Below, piece after piece: positions 54,415-63,751 of a DNA stretch of 64,000 nt. Origin of the DNA: a virus; the IMG/VR virus record IMGVR_UViG_3300027734_000039; one strand, given 5' to 3'. The translations under genes and the position numbers were made by a program. The notes beneath the pieces are model-generated. The model was not told the DNA's origin. It was given only the letters and a program-made list of their open reading frames with translations, and searched no databases. The stretch's first letter is position 1. The number at the start of each line of letters is the position of its first letter.

Positions 54415-56229
54415 TTACTTTACAGTTTCTATTGCTGTTACTGTTACATCGCTCAATTCTAATAGAAGAATTTTGTCTTTAGACATGATAATATCTTTAT
54501 TATTTGGCAAATAATATAATGAAATATAGTTAGTGTAATCTGTAACCTTAAGATTATTGATTTTAACTAAACCTGTAACATAGTCAATCGTACCGATATT
54601 ACTACTCAATATCGTATATCTGTTATTAATGTATGTATAAAGAATTAAATTGCCGAAACCATCGTCCTGTATATTACAGATACTGTAAGCCGTGCCATCA
54701 GTAGAAGTATAAGAAAAACTTGAAGAACGTAAAATTGGGTTTAATGGCGGTGCCCCAGCATAAACCTGATCGTATTCGCTACCGTTGTTAAAATCAACAA
54801 CATAAGATTCGGCAGTGTTAATTTTAGGTGTAAGTCTTTTAATGATTTGAAGATGAGTATCGTTACTTGTTATACTCGCATCAGAATTATCGATGTAAGC
54901 TACAATTTTACTGTATCTAAAATCGGAACCAAATTTACCTATATTAGCTGTAGCGAACTTATTAATTGCAGTTCTTACAACGCTTACGATATCTTGCTGT
55001 AACTTTGTAGTAGCGTTTTTATCATATTGAACCGTTGTTTCTAAACCAACATAAAAATAATCCGGATCAACTACAGAAACTCTATTCGGAAGGGCGATGT
55101 AATTTGTTAAATAATTTGTAATTTCTGTTTTTAAATAATCAGGAACTATAGTGCCGCCTGTTTGCTTAACAGCAATAACAACTTTACCATATTGTTTTGG
55201 TTCTAAAAGTTCGCCACCGTAAACATTAACGTCATCAATTTGATTACCGAACTGAGATAAGACGAGCGAAGAATAATCATCAGAAGCAACTGCTCTTTGC
55301 TGAGTTGCAAAATAACGAGGGGCAGAAAATCTAATTGAGTCGATGCTTTCCTGATTAGCGCCACTTGTTGCTATAGCATCAACTGTAATTACGGATTCTG
55401 TAGCAATACCGCCATTTAATGTACCAACATCTGTAACTAGTGTAAAGTTGTCAACACCAAGAGCATCAGAACCGTTTGTAACTCGATAGTTAACCAAAAT
55501 AGTTGCAGCATTTAGTGGTTTTCTTCCGAAAAGACCATCGCCGAAAACTACTTCATATTGGTTATTTTCTGCACCTTGAAGGAAGTATACTTCTGATAAA
55601 GCTGATAGGCCAAATAAGTTTTCTGCTTTTTGGAAAACAGTATTAGTCGAACCATTGTTTTCAATGACGTTGATAACCAAGCTATTAATATCTACGTTTT
55701 TATTCGATATTAGGAACCTTTGATTTTCGATAGTATAATCTACAAGAAACGAATCTTGAAAGGCACTACCTTCGTAAATTTTCAAACCATTTATTGAAAA
55801 AGTGCTATTAGCAGAAGTGTAGCTTGTTTCTAAATCAGTTATGAATGTATATGTTCCGTTAGAATTGTACCCAGAAAATTGTGTACCTTTTTCTAATGTA
55901 AGTTCGCCAGAAATACCAGTTGTGTCAAACGTAAAGGAAATTTGAGCTTCTGAAGAACGAGCAGATTGTGGAAGATAATTGAGCTCTTTAGCGTGTGAAA
56001 TGACCGACTCGTACTTCTGAGCCGAATCAAGAAACATTTCAGAAGCAACCATGTTAAGATAGAAAGAATTCAAATAAGAGTTATAACTAAGAACGTCTAA
56101 TAGAACGTTGATGTTAGAACCATCAAAATTGTAATCTCTAAAAACAAACTGGGTCGAAAGGAATGTTTTTAAATTTCCTTTTAGCGAATCGAAATCTAGT
56201 GAACTTAAATCTAAAGAGCTATTAGCCAT
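54415..56229 (-). CDS. gp6: Baseplate wedge subunit
   Basis: LDFD.LK.NL..FL, DYNFDGS....LLDVL.YN, EMFLDSA, FGDG..G, AP.YF.TQ.RAV...DY. Confidence 0.95.
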   Translation of the reverse strand: MANSSLDLSSLDFDSLKGNLKTFLSTQFVFRDYNFDGSNINVLLDVLSYNSYLNSFYLNMVASEMFLDSAQKYESVISHAKELNYLPQSARSSEAQISFTFDTTGISGELTLEKGTQFSGYNSNGTYTFITDLETSYTSANSTFSINGLKIYEGSAFQDSFLVDYTIENQRFLISNKNVDINSLVINVIENNGSTNTVFQKAENLFGLSALSEVYFLQGAENNQYEVVFGDGLFGRKPLNAATILVNYRVTNGSDALGVDNFTLVTDVGTLNGGIATESVITVDAIATSGANQESIDSIRFSAPRYFATQQRAVASDDYSSLVLSQFGNQIDDVNVYGGELLEPKQYGKVVIAVKQTGGTIVPDYLKTEITNYLTNYIALPNRVSVVDPDYFYVGLETTVQYDKNATTKLQQDIVSVVRTAINKFATANIGKFGSDFRYSKIVAYIDNSDASITSNDTHLQIIKRLTPKINTAESYVVDFNNGSEYDQVYAGAPPLNPILRSSSFSYTSTDGTAYSICNIQDDGFGNLILYTYINNRYTILSSNIGTIDYVTGLVKINNLKVTDYTNYISLYYLPNNKDIIMSKDKILLLELSDVTVTAIETVK

Positions 56230-56727
56230 TTATCGTACTCTTTTTAAAAGAATTGTAAGAGTTATAGGTGCTGGATTATTTATTAAATTGTAGACGATTG
56301 TAATTCGAATAGAATTTTCTTCGCTACCGAAACTTTTTGAAGTAGCGAATTCATTACCAACTACTTGAGCCGAAGATAAAAAGTTAGCTCCGCTATCAAC
56401 AGAAACGCTTTGTAAATTTACTCTTGGTTCGTTATTTTCTATAACAGTTTGTATGTAATATTCAGCTTTAGTTAACGAAGTGTCGTCGTTCATTTCAAAT
56501 AACATATCTCTTATATTAGAACCAATATAAGGTTGAAACGGACGCTCCCCTAAATTTGTTAAAATAAGATTTCTAAGCGACTGGTTAACAGCTTGTTCGT
56601 TTGTAATACGACCAAGTTGATTGCCAAAAGGAGTTTTAGCAAAACTGTTCAAGAAGTCAGAAAAGTATTCTGTTCTTTTGCTAGTAGCTGTTCCTAATGC
56701 ATCTGCTCTTGTTAATTCTGTTGCCAT
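56230..56727 (-). CDS. gp25: Baseplate wedge subunit
   Basis: AV.QS.RNL.LTN.GERPF.P.IGS.I..MLFE, N.EPRV, L.RVR. Confidence 0.92.
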   Translation of the reverse strand: MATELTRADALGTATSKRTEYFSDFLNSFAKTPFGNQLGRITNEQAVNQSLRNLILTNLGERPFQPYIGSNIRDMLFEMNDDTSLTKAEYYIQTVIENNEPRVNLQSVSVDSGANFLSSAQVVGNEFATSKSFGSEENSIRITIVYNLINNPAPITLTILLKRVR

Positions 56728-56736
56728 TTATTTGCC

Positions 56737-57834
56737 TTATTTGAAAGTAGTTGGAGGTGCGTTTATACCACCGTTCTGAACCTTTGTACCGTTTCCTGCA
56801 ATGGTAATAACAGAACCATTTTCGGCAAACGCTGCCACATCTCCATTATAAGATTTGATAATTGTATCTTTTTTCGAACCAATGAGTACTTCGTCTGTTT
56901 CTGAATATAGTACGATTGGACCAGTTTTTGTTGTTATAGAAATACCAGCTGGGCTAATTACTATCTTATTATTTCCAACAGCTAGAGTTATTTTTGTTGT
57001 ACTTTTAACAGTTAATTCGTTGGCGCTAGATAACTGAAGTTTACCAGAATCAACTTTAAGATCGAAATTACCACCACCTTGTACGTTTATTCCAAACTCG
57101 CCCTTAACAATATTCATCTTATTACCAACGATAGCATCAACTTTATCGCCAGTTATCGATGTATGTTGGTCGCCTTTTAAACTTGTTACACTATCGCCTT
57201 CTTTAGATGCAAAAGTTTTACCGCCAGGAACAACTTCAACTTTACCTTCTGACGCCCCGCCAACTACTTTCGTAGATCCTTCATATTTTGTTCCGCCAGA
57301 AGCCGATCCTTTATCGCCTTTTGTATTTTCATTTTTTGTAGACTGGTTACTTTCGTCGACGTTGCCGTCTGTATTTTTGCTAGAGCTTCCAGCATTTTTT
57401 CTTTCATTATGAGTATGAGAAGTTTCCATACCCTGATAACCATCGGAAACTTCTTTAGTTTTAAAACTTCCGTCGTGGTTAACTTCTGATTCAAACGAGT
57501 CACTTGGCTTATTTGGATTTCTGTGAACAGACTTTATTTTACCATTCGTATCAGCTTCCATATAAAGATAAACTGGGTGTTCTGGCTCTTTTGTTTGAGC
57601 AGCAGAAGGAGGCATTTTTTTATTTGGAGGCTGACTTGCGCCTGCAGCAGCGGCTGCAGCTCCTCCAACAGAACCAAATCCAGTTAAACCTAAAGCAGCA
57701 GCAGCTCCAGCTGCTAAATCAGAAACTGCTGAAGCAGCTTGAACGACGAAAGGCTGACCATCACCAATCGTGACAGTATCTCCAGGTTTTGCACCTGCTG
57801 CTAAAGCGGCTGAATTTGGATCAGCAAAAGCCAT
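56737..57834 (-). CDS. gp5 C-terminal part (spike beta-helix), encoded separately
   Basis: E..H.GSF...E..DG segment followed by V.GD/GN octad repeats; position immediately before gp25. Confidence 0.65.
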   Translation of the reverse strand: MAFADPNSAALAAGAKPGDTVTIGDGQPFVVQAASAVSDLAAGAAAALGLTGFGSVGGAAAAAAGASQPPNKKMPPSAAQTKEPEHPVYLYMEADTNGKIKSVHRNPNKPSDSFESEVNHDGSFKTKEVSDGYQGMETSHTHNERKNAGSSSKNTDGNVDESNQSTKNENTKGDKGSASGGTKYEGSTKVVGGASEGKVEVVPGGKTFASKEGDSVTSLKGDQHTSITGDKVDAIVGNKMNIVKGEFGINVQGGGNFDLKVDSGKLQLSSANELTVKSTTKITLAVGNNKIVISPAGISITTKTGPIVLYSETDEVLIGSKKDTIIKSYNGDVAAFAENGSVITIAGNGTKVQNGGINAPPTTFK

Positions 57835-59387
57835 TAAACACCTATATTCTCAAGTAAGGAAGTAGTAGCACCAAGAGCTAAGGTAGAAGCTCCACCGATA
57901 GCCATTGCATTTGTTATATTACTTTTAGCAACTGATGTACCTTGTGCCGCTAAAGCCATAGCAGATAAAGAAACACCAGCTGATAATAGTTTATCAGAAA
58001 TATCAGCGTTGGATGCAAGAGCGCCTGTTATAGCAGAAACTGCACCAAAGCTATTAATACTATTTAACAAATTCGAAGAACCTCCTAATGTAGAAATTGC
58101 ACCTGGAATAGAAATTCCCATCCCACCAAGAGCTCCTGCTAAAGAACCAAGACCACCTAAACCAGCAAGCGCCGAAGGTAATTTTAATGCACTTCCTGCG
58201 TAACCGCCCATCAAACTTACCATTGCAGCATTTTTTGTAAAATTAGTTATCGAAGCACTTACACTACCACCTAAAACAGAATCTGGAATATAAAGCGAAG
58301 ACGCTAAACTTACTGCACTTCCAACCGCTCCTAGGATAGAAGGAGCTAAAGCCATTAAGTTTATGCTACTACCTTTACCAACGACTCTTTCCATACCGTT
58401 GTTTTCATGTTTAACTTTATTATCTTCTAAAATTAAATTTAAAATAGAAGCAGTTAATGTCGGTAAACCTGTTAAAGGACTGTTTATAATATAAGGATAT
58501 AAATCATCAGCTATACCTTTTTCGGCTATCGCTAGACATTCTGCTTCTGCATTAGAATATGGGTAGTCATAAGATGTTCTTCTTACTAATGCTATCTGAC
58601 TTTCTGGAGTCGTATAATGCATATAACCAATATAAGGATCTTCTCCTAAATTGTAATAATTTTTAGTTGATAGATCTGGCAAATCTGTTATAAGATCATA
58701 AAGAACAACATCCGTATATGTTTTTTCAACATAAAAAACTAAAGGAGTTGGTTTAACAGGAATGTTATTTTCGCCAAATATCAAAGCTTTTTCGACAAGT
58801 TTTGCTATTCCGTTCTTAACAATTTCTTGATAATCCGAAGATATAGAATTAATAGCATTACCTGCGAGTGCTATATTCAAAGCTGTTAAAACCTGAACGT
58901 AGCTCGTTCTGTTACAAAGGATACAAAGAGCTTCTGAAAAAGCGTCTGTAACTGTGTTCTTTTGAGTTTGGCCCATAGTTGCGCCACCTTTAGAACCACC
59001 AGCCAAAGCCATCAACATTTTAATTATAGCAAAGTTTTTAACCATTCCAGCAAAAACTTGTGCTTTACCAGAAGGATCTACTTGAGCTATTATAGAAGCT
59101 AAATCGACTCCAGGAGGAGCAGATGCAGTTGTAGGAAAATCCGCTTTTGGTACAAATTTTTGAACGGCAGTTTCTAAAGCTTTCGGACCAGTTCCGTTTT
59201 CAACAGTTACTGATTTACTATCAGCGTATTTTGCTTTTTCTGTATTGAGAGGTTTTCCGCCAACTTTTGTATTATGGGGCGATCTTTTAGAATCGCCAGT
59301 TTTACCACCAGCTGGTGAATCAACTCCTTCTGAACCTGCTTTTTTTTCTGAAATTGAATCTGGTTGATTGCTATTATCTACAGCCAT
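57834..59387 (-). CDS. Hypothetical protein inserted between the gp5 halves; hydrophobic Gly/Ala C-terminus
   Basis: 517-aa ORF with no lysozyme motif recognised; translationally coupled (TAATG) to the gp5C-like gene. Confidence 0.7.
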   Translation of the reverse strand: MAVDNSNQPDSISEKKAGSEGVDSPAGGKTGDSKRSPHNTKVGGKPLNTEKAKYADSKSVTVENGTGPKALETAVQKFVPKADFPTTASAPPGVDLASIIAQVDPSGKAQVFAGMVKNFAIIKMLMALAGGSKGGATMGQTQKNTVTDAFSEALCILCNRTSYVQVLTALNIALAGNAINSISSDYQEIVKNGIAKLVEKALIFGENNIPVKPTPLVFYVEKTYTDVVLYDLITDLPDLSTKNYYNLGEDPYIGYMHYTTPESQIALVRRTSYDYPYSNAEAECLAIAEKGIADDLYPYIINSPLTGLPTLTASILNLILEDNKVKHENNGMERVVGKGSSINLMALAPSILGAVGSAVSLASSLYIPDSVLGGSVSASITNFTKNAAMVSLMGGYAGSALKLPSALAGLGGLGSLAGALGGMGISIPGAISTLGGSSNLLNSINSFGAVSAITGALASNADISDKLLSAGVSLSAMALAAQGTSVAKSNITNAMAIGGASTLALGATTSLLENIGV

Positions 59388-59389
59388 AA

Positions 59390-59686
59390 TTATCCCTTAG
59401 GTAATGCGCCACGTGAAAACGAACCCATGATAATTGGATATTGTTCAGCAATATCATCGTCCATATAAGCTATAACAACTCTAGAGCCTACTAATAGACC
59501 ATGAGGTGTTATTCCTACTTTACCTGTAGCAGCCGAAGTAACTGGCTGAAGTGGCAAAGCCCATGGCAAATGATCATCTTTAATATTTTGTTCATCGTTT
59601 TCATAATTATATTTTCTAATTTTAACTCTACCTGACTTTAGAGGATCTTTAATATCTCTAACTTCAGCAAAATAAAATTTAGCCAT
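59390..59686 (-). CDS. gp5: gp5 N-terminal OB-fold domain, stand-alone
   Basis: V.D..DPLKSGRVKIR...LPWA.P.QP..SA..G.G..P.G...GS.V...D...Q.P.IMGS. Confidence 0.85.
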   Translation of the reverse strand: MAKFYFAEVRDIKDPLKSGRVKIRKYNYENDEQNIKDDHLPWALPLQPVTSAATGKVGITPHGLLVGSRVVIAYMDDDIAEQYPIIMGSFSRGALPKG

Positions 59687-60929
59687 TCTCACCACCACCT
59701 TCTTTATAAGAGCCTTTTATAACTCCAAGAATCATTGTATATCTTGGAGTTTGTCCAAGAGGTTTTATTTTATGCCTAATTGAAACAACAAGAGCTTTTC
59801 CATTAAATTGTTTTTCGCCACCATTACTACCGCTAGAGGGGTCCGATTTATTAGGAACGTTTAATTCAATCATAGAACCTAATTTAATAGAAGGGTTTCC
59901 AGGAACTTCTAATAATGCATGATTTTGAGCGATATGAGACAAATAATCAATTCTATTTTTTCTAGCTTCAGCTACATTTGTTGTAGTTTTATCATTAGCA
60001 GCATCCTTCATTGTTACTACAGGAACTGCCTTTGCCGAGCTCGGAGGACTAGAAAAAGTTTGAGTTTTATCTGCTGTCGTAAATTGTGTTTTTTTCTGAT
60101 TTACTTGATCTGTTTTTCCAAAAGTTGGGTTATAAGAAAGCTGTTGAGCCTTCGTTGTAGATCTAGCAGGAGTAAAAAACGAATCCGAAACTTTTATCCA
60201 AATTATAGAGTTTTGTTTTTCCGAATCAGAAATATCACCATAGTTTAAACTAGGGGATTGTTTCAAGGTCACAACTGGCGATTGTTTGAATAGTTTTTCG
60301 AAAGTAGAAAAAACATATTTCGTATCAGTACCCGTCGATTGTTGAAAACAAACAAACGCTGATGATTTATTTTCATTAGAAACGTGTTCCGAGCTTAATT
60401 TTCTAAGAGCTTTAATAGGGTGTTCGTTACTGAAAACGATTCTTCTTTTACCACTGGTTGCTTCTAGATCAATTGTTTTATTAGTTTTGAAATTGTTTTT
60501 CAAAATATCTTTAATCATATTACTAGTTAAATCATCATAACTTTTTTGAACGAAATTTCCTTGGGAATTCAAAAGTTCTGCCGAACAACATCTAATATCA
60601 TATTGCTTAAAGTGACCAGAACTACCACCACCAGGTCTTTCAGACTGATCGTCGACGTTTTTATTTTGCATCATTTTTAATTTAAACGAAGCTTTAGAAC
60701 CGCTATCAACTAACCCAAAAGATATATCAACGTCTTGGTCATAGGAACCGTTTAATTTATTTTTACCTAAAGCATCTTGCGCATCGATAACTCGAATATC
60801 AGCCAAAACACCAAGTGGGTTTAAAATGTCTTCATAAACATTAAACCCAGCATACTGTGCTTGTCTAGGATCAAGTAAATCTATTTTACCGATTTTTAAC
60901 GATGAGATTTTGATATCACCAACTGACAT
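59679..60929 (-). CDS. Baseplate hub protein (gp27-like)
   Basis: YEDI, VPGN..I..G..I.L..P, GK.LV..IRH.I; position between gp53 and gp5. Confidence 0.65.
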   Translation of the reverse strand: MSVGDIKISSLKIGKIDLLDPRQAQYAGFNVYEDILNPLGVLADIRVIDAQDALGKNKLNGSYDQDVDISFGLVDSGSKASFKLKMMQNKNVDDQSERPGGGSSGHFKQYDIRCCSAELLNSQGNFVQKSYDDLTSNMIKDILKNNFKTNKTIDLEATSGKRRIVFSNEHPIKALRKLSSEHVSNENKSSAFVCFQQSTGTDTKYVFSTFEKLFKQSPVVTLKQSPSLNYGDISDSEKQNSIIWIKVSDSFFTPARSTTKAQQLSYNPTFGKTDQVNQKKTQFTTADKTQTFSSPPSSAKAVPVVTMKDAANDKTTTNVAEARKNRIDYLSHIAQNHALLEVPGNPSIKLGSMIELNVPNKSDPSSGSNGGEKQFNGKALVVSIRHKIKPLGQTPRYTMILGVIKGSYKEGGGENG

Positions 60930-60930
60930 T

Positions 60931-61806
60931 TTAAACTTTCATATAATCTCTGAGATTATCAGAAATCGTTTGAGCGTAATCTTTATCTAAAGTTCTTAAA
61001 GTTTTGTTATATTCATTCTTTTCGCTTTCATACTCATAATATGTTACAGGAGACCAATATATGTATTCGCCGTCTTGAATGTTACTAGCTACAGAAGAAA
61101 CAGAAGTGAATATCGTATTCGTTCCGCTTTCGGTGCCGTAAACATAACTCCCTGCTTTAATTGAAACCGTATTACTAGTATAGTAAGTTCCGTAAACATG
61201 CTGTATATAAACAGCACTATTTGAAACGGAAACTACTTGACCCTTTCCAGTATTAGAACTATCAAAAACGATATCGCAAATTTCGTCTTTTATAAAATCT
61301 GTATCGGACACTTCATAAGATATAATCTTATTTGTATTAGCTATCCAATCTTTTTGAGATCTTTTATAAGAAACGATAGAATTAGTCGCCCCTAAGTTAG
61401 GCTCCCAATATTTTTTATTTTCTGCAGGCAATGCGTTAAAAGCACTTACGCTGATGTCTTCTCTATTAACCCAATCGTTTCTATAATATTTAATTTTATT
61501 AATAGCAGATTCGTAAGAGCCATATTTCTTAGTTACAAAATTTACGAATTCTGTTTCGCTAAGATACCATTCGTAATACGGATCTGTTATTCTATTCGCG
61601 AAATAAATTATCCAACTTTGAAACGGATCTTCATAATATCTAGAGCTTAATTGATCTGCTCTTTCATAACTAGAAATTTCATAAGGATAAAATACAAACG
61701 GATTGTTATAGACTTTATCTAAAAGAGTTGTTCTCTTAGTAATATCTACAACAGTAGAATTGTTATAACTTATGGTTGGGAATTTTTCGAAATATCTTTC
61801 GGTCAT
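60931..61806 (-). CDS. gp53: Baseplate wedge subunit
   Basis: YF..FP.I.Y, ERAD.LS..YY.DP...W.I...N.I.DPY.EW, KYGS, YEYE...NE.K. Confidence 0.88.
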   Translation of the reverse strand: MTERYFEKFPTISYNNSTVVDITKRTTLLDKVYNNPFVFYPYEISSYERADQLSSRYYEDPFQSWIIYFANRITDPYYEWYLSETEFVNFVTKKYGSYESAINKIKYYRNDWVNREDISVSAFNALPAENKKYWEPNLGATNSIVSYKRSQKDWIANTNKIISYEVSDTDFIKDEICDIVFDSSNTGKGQVVSVSNSAVYIQHVYGTYYTSNTVSIKAGSYVYGTESGTNTIFTSVSSVASNIQDGEYIYWSPVTYYEYESEKNEYNKTLRTLDKDYAQTISDNLRDYMKV

Positions 61807-61815
61807 ATTAGTCCC

Positions 61816-62676
61816 TTATCCTAAACCACCAGTAGAGTTTCTTATGGCATTTCCGATAATTGGTCCAGCCGCCACAAATGCAGCTGCTATATTTCTACCA
61901 GCTTGACCTGTGGTGATAATTTCTCCAGTATAGTCAGTTTGATCCCAAAGCTGAATTTCTTTAAGTTGTAATGTTAAATTTATAACTGTTGGACGATTTG
62001 TTCCTCTAAAAAACGAAGGATTACCAGCCCCTGTAAAATCAACTTGAACTGAAATGATAGCACAATTTTTAAATTGCATTCCCATTTCATCTGGCAACAT
62101 TCGTATCCTTACAATATCAGGATACTTTAAATATAAACCGCCCATATTTGTAGGTAAAGAAGATTTTCTACATGCGTTGATTATATTATTAAGAGTTTCT
62201 GATTCTTGAGGCGTATGTGGTGCTAATGTCCAAGAAAACGTAAACTCTTTAAAGTTTGGCTGTTTGAACTGCATAAATTGGAATGGGTTTAATGCTGCGC
62301 CAATTATAGGACCACCGATAGAAATAGCGGTCGATATTTCGGCTGCTCTTGGTACGTTCCCAACTAAAGAAGCTGCTTGTTGCGTCGCACTAATTTCATT
62401 CCAAGATAAGGTTGTTGCATCGTTTATCTTTTTCGGTAATGGTAATCTTATACCATTTCCAGAAGGAAGTAGAGCATTTCCTCTTGGGCCACGATTTCCG
62501 CCTAAACCCCCAGCTCCTTGAATGCCAGTTGTATAATTGGCAAATTCAATTTCCGTAAAAAACCCTCTATCTCTTGCTACTAAGTCATTAGGAAAACTTA
62601 GAGTGTCAAAAGTTTTTCTCGGAGGAGTTGGGAATTTAGCATTATTTCTATATGCTGTTATTGGTATTAAAGGCAT
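61816..62676 (-). CDS. gp48: Baseplate tail-tube cap
   Basis: L.FP.D, I.LPLP, NP....F..P.F.EF.F.W.L.P....ES, L.L.L.E. Confidence 0.85.
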   Translation of the reverse strand: MPLIPITAYRNNAKFPTPPRKTFDTLSFPNDLVARDRGFFTEIEFANYTTGIQGAGGLGGNRGPRGNALLPSGNGIRLPLPKKINDATTLSWNEISATQQAASLVGNVPRAAEISTAISIGGPIIGAALNPFQFMQFKQPNFKEFTFSWTLAPHTPQESETLNNIINACRKSSLPTNMGGLYLKYPDIVRIRMLPDEMGMQFKNCAIISVQVDFTGAGNPSFFRGTNRPTVINLTLQLKEIQLWDQTDYTGEIITTGQAGRNIAAAFVAAGPIIGNAIRNSTGGLG

Positions 62677-62715
62677 TGAAGTCCCATAATTCGTGGCTAA
62701 ATATCTTATAATTTC

Positions 62716-62723
62716 TATTTATA
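62716..62723 (-). promoter_or_regulatory. Late promoter TATAAATA for the gp48 baseplate operon; variant CTAAATA on + at ~62697-62703 for gp4
   Basis: Exact consensus in the divergent gp48/gp4 gap. Confidence 0.7.
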
Positions 62724-62730
62724 TGAAAAA

Positions 62731-63177
62731 ATGGCAAAATATAATAAAGGCAAGTTCAAACCCAAAAACCCTGAAAAATACAAGGGCAACCCGACAGAGA
62801 TCTATTATAGATCTGGTTGGGAATTCAAACTCATGATGTATTTAGATCATACGAAAGAAATCGTAAGTTGGGGGTCGGAAGAAATCATAATACTATATCG
62901 TTCGCCTATAGACGGTAAGATACATCGTTATTTCCCCGATTTTATTGTTACAAAAATAAATAAAGAAGGCAAAAAAGAAACTGCCTTAATTGAAGTAAAA
63001 CCAGCTTCTCAAACCAAGCCACCTGCTAGGCAAGAAAAGCCGACTAAACGATATATTACGGAAGTAACGACTTGGGGCATTAACGAAGCCAAATGGAAAG
63101 CAGCTTCTGAATATTGTAAAGACAGAGGCTGGGCGTTTCATATTTTTACCGAAAAAGAACTTGGGATCAAATACTAA
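62731..63177 (+). CDS. gp4: Head completion nuclease
   Basis: G.FKPKNP.KY.G.P..I.YRS.WE, W.SEE, HRYFPDF, EVKP..QT, N.AKW.AA, TEKEL. Confidence 0.95.
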   Translation: MAKYNKGKFKPKNPEKYKGNPTEIYYRSGWEFKLMMYLDHTKEIVSWGSEEIIILYRSPIDGKIHRYFPDFIVTKINKEGKKETALIEVKPASQTKPPARQEKPTKRYITEVTTWGINEAKWKAASEYCKDRGWAFHIFTEKELGIKY

Positions 63178-63743
63178 TGGCATTATCTGATTTTTTAACG
63201 AACTTACAGAACGCCGGAAAAGATCTAATTTCGTCGTCTAAACAATCTGAAGAATGGTATAAAAATAAGATCACCGATGTTGTTAAGAAAGACCCATCGA
63301 AACTTTTTAAAAAATACGCATCGCCTCAAGTTGGAAAAATGTATATTTACGTTTACGACCCAAAGCATAAAGATACGTTACCGTTTTATGATATGTTTCC
63401 TTTGGTAATCCCAGTACAACCTTACCCCGACGGTTTCCTTGGTATAAACTTACACTACTTGCCCCCAGGAGCAAGAGTTCAACTGTTAAATGCATTGATA
63501 AATATTGCTGGTAATGATAGAGTAGAAGACACCGTTAAGTTTAATTTATCTTATGACCTATTGAGAAAATATGCTAATCAATTCCCAGGAGCGAAAGCTT
63601 GTGTAAAGAGATATCTATTTGAACACGTTAGAAGCTCTTTTCATTACGTTGAACCTACTGATTGGGAAAAAGTCGTTTCAATGCCGCTTCAAAAATGGAA
63701 AGTAAACCCAGATAAAAAATACGCTGGTTCGCCACCTTATTAG
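63177..63743 (+). CDS. gp2: DNA end protector protein
   Basis: YDPKHK.TLPFYD.FPL, GF.G.NLHYLPP..R, CVKRYL..HV.S. Confidence 0.92.
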   Translation: MALSDFLTNLQNAGKDLISSSKQSEEWYKNKITDVVKKDPSKLFKKYASPQVGKMYIYVYDPKHKDTLPFYDMFPLVIPVQPYPDGFLGINLHYLPPGARVQLLNALINIAGNDRVEDTVKFNLSYDLLRKYANQFPGAKACVKRYLFEHVRSSFHYVEPTDWEKVVSMPLQKWKVNPDKKYAGSPPY

Positions 63744-63751
63744 GAATAAAA

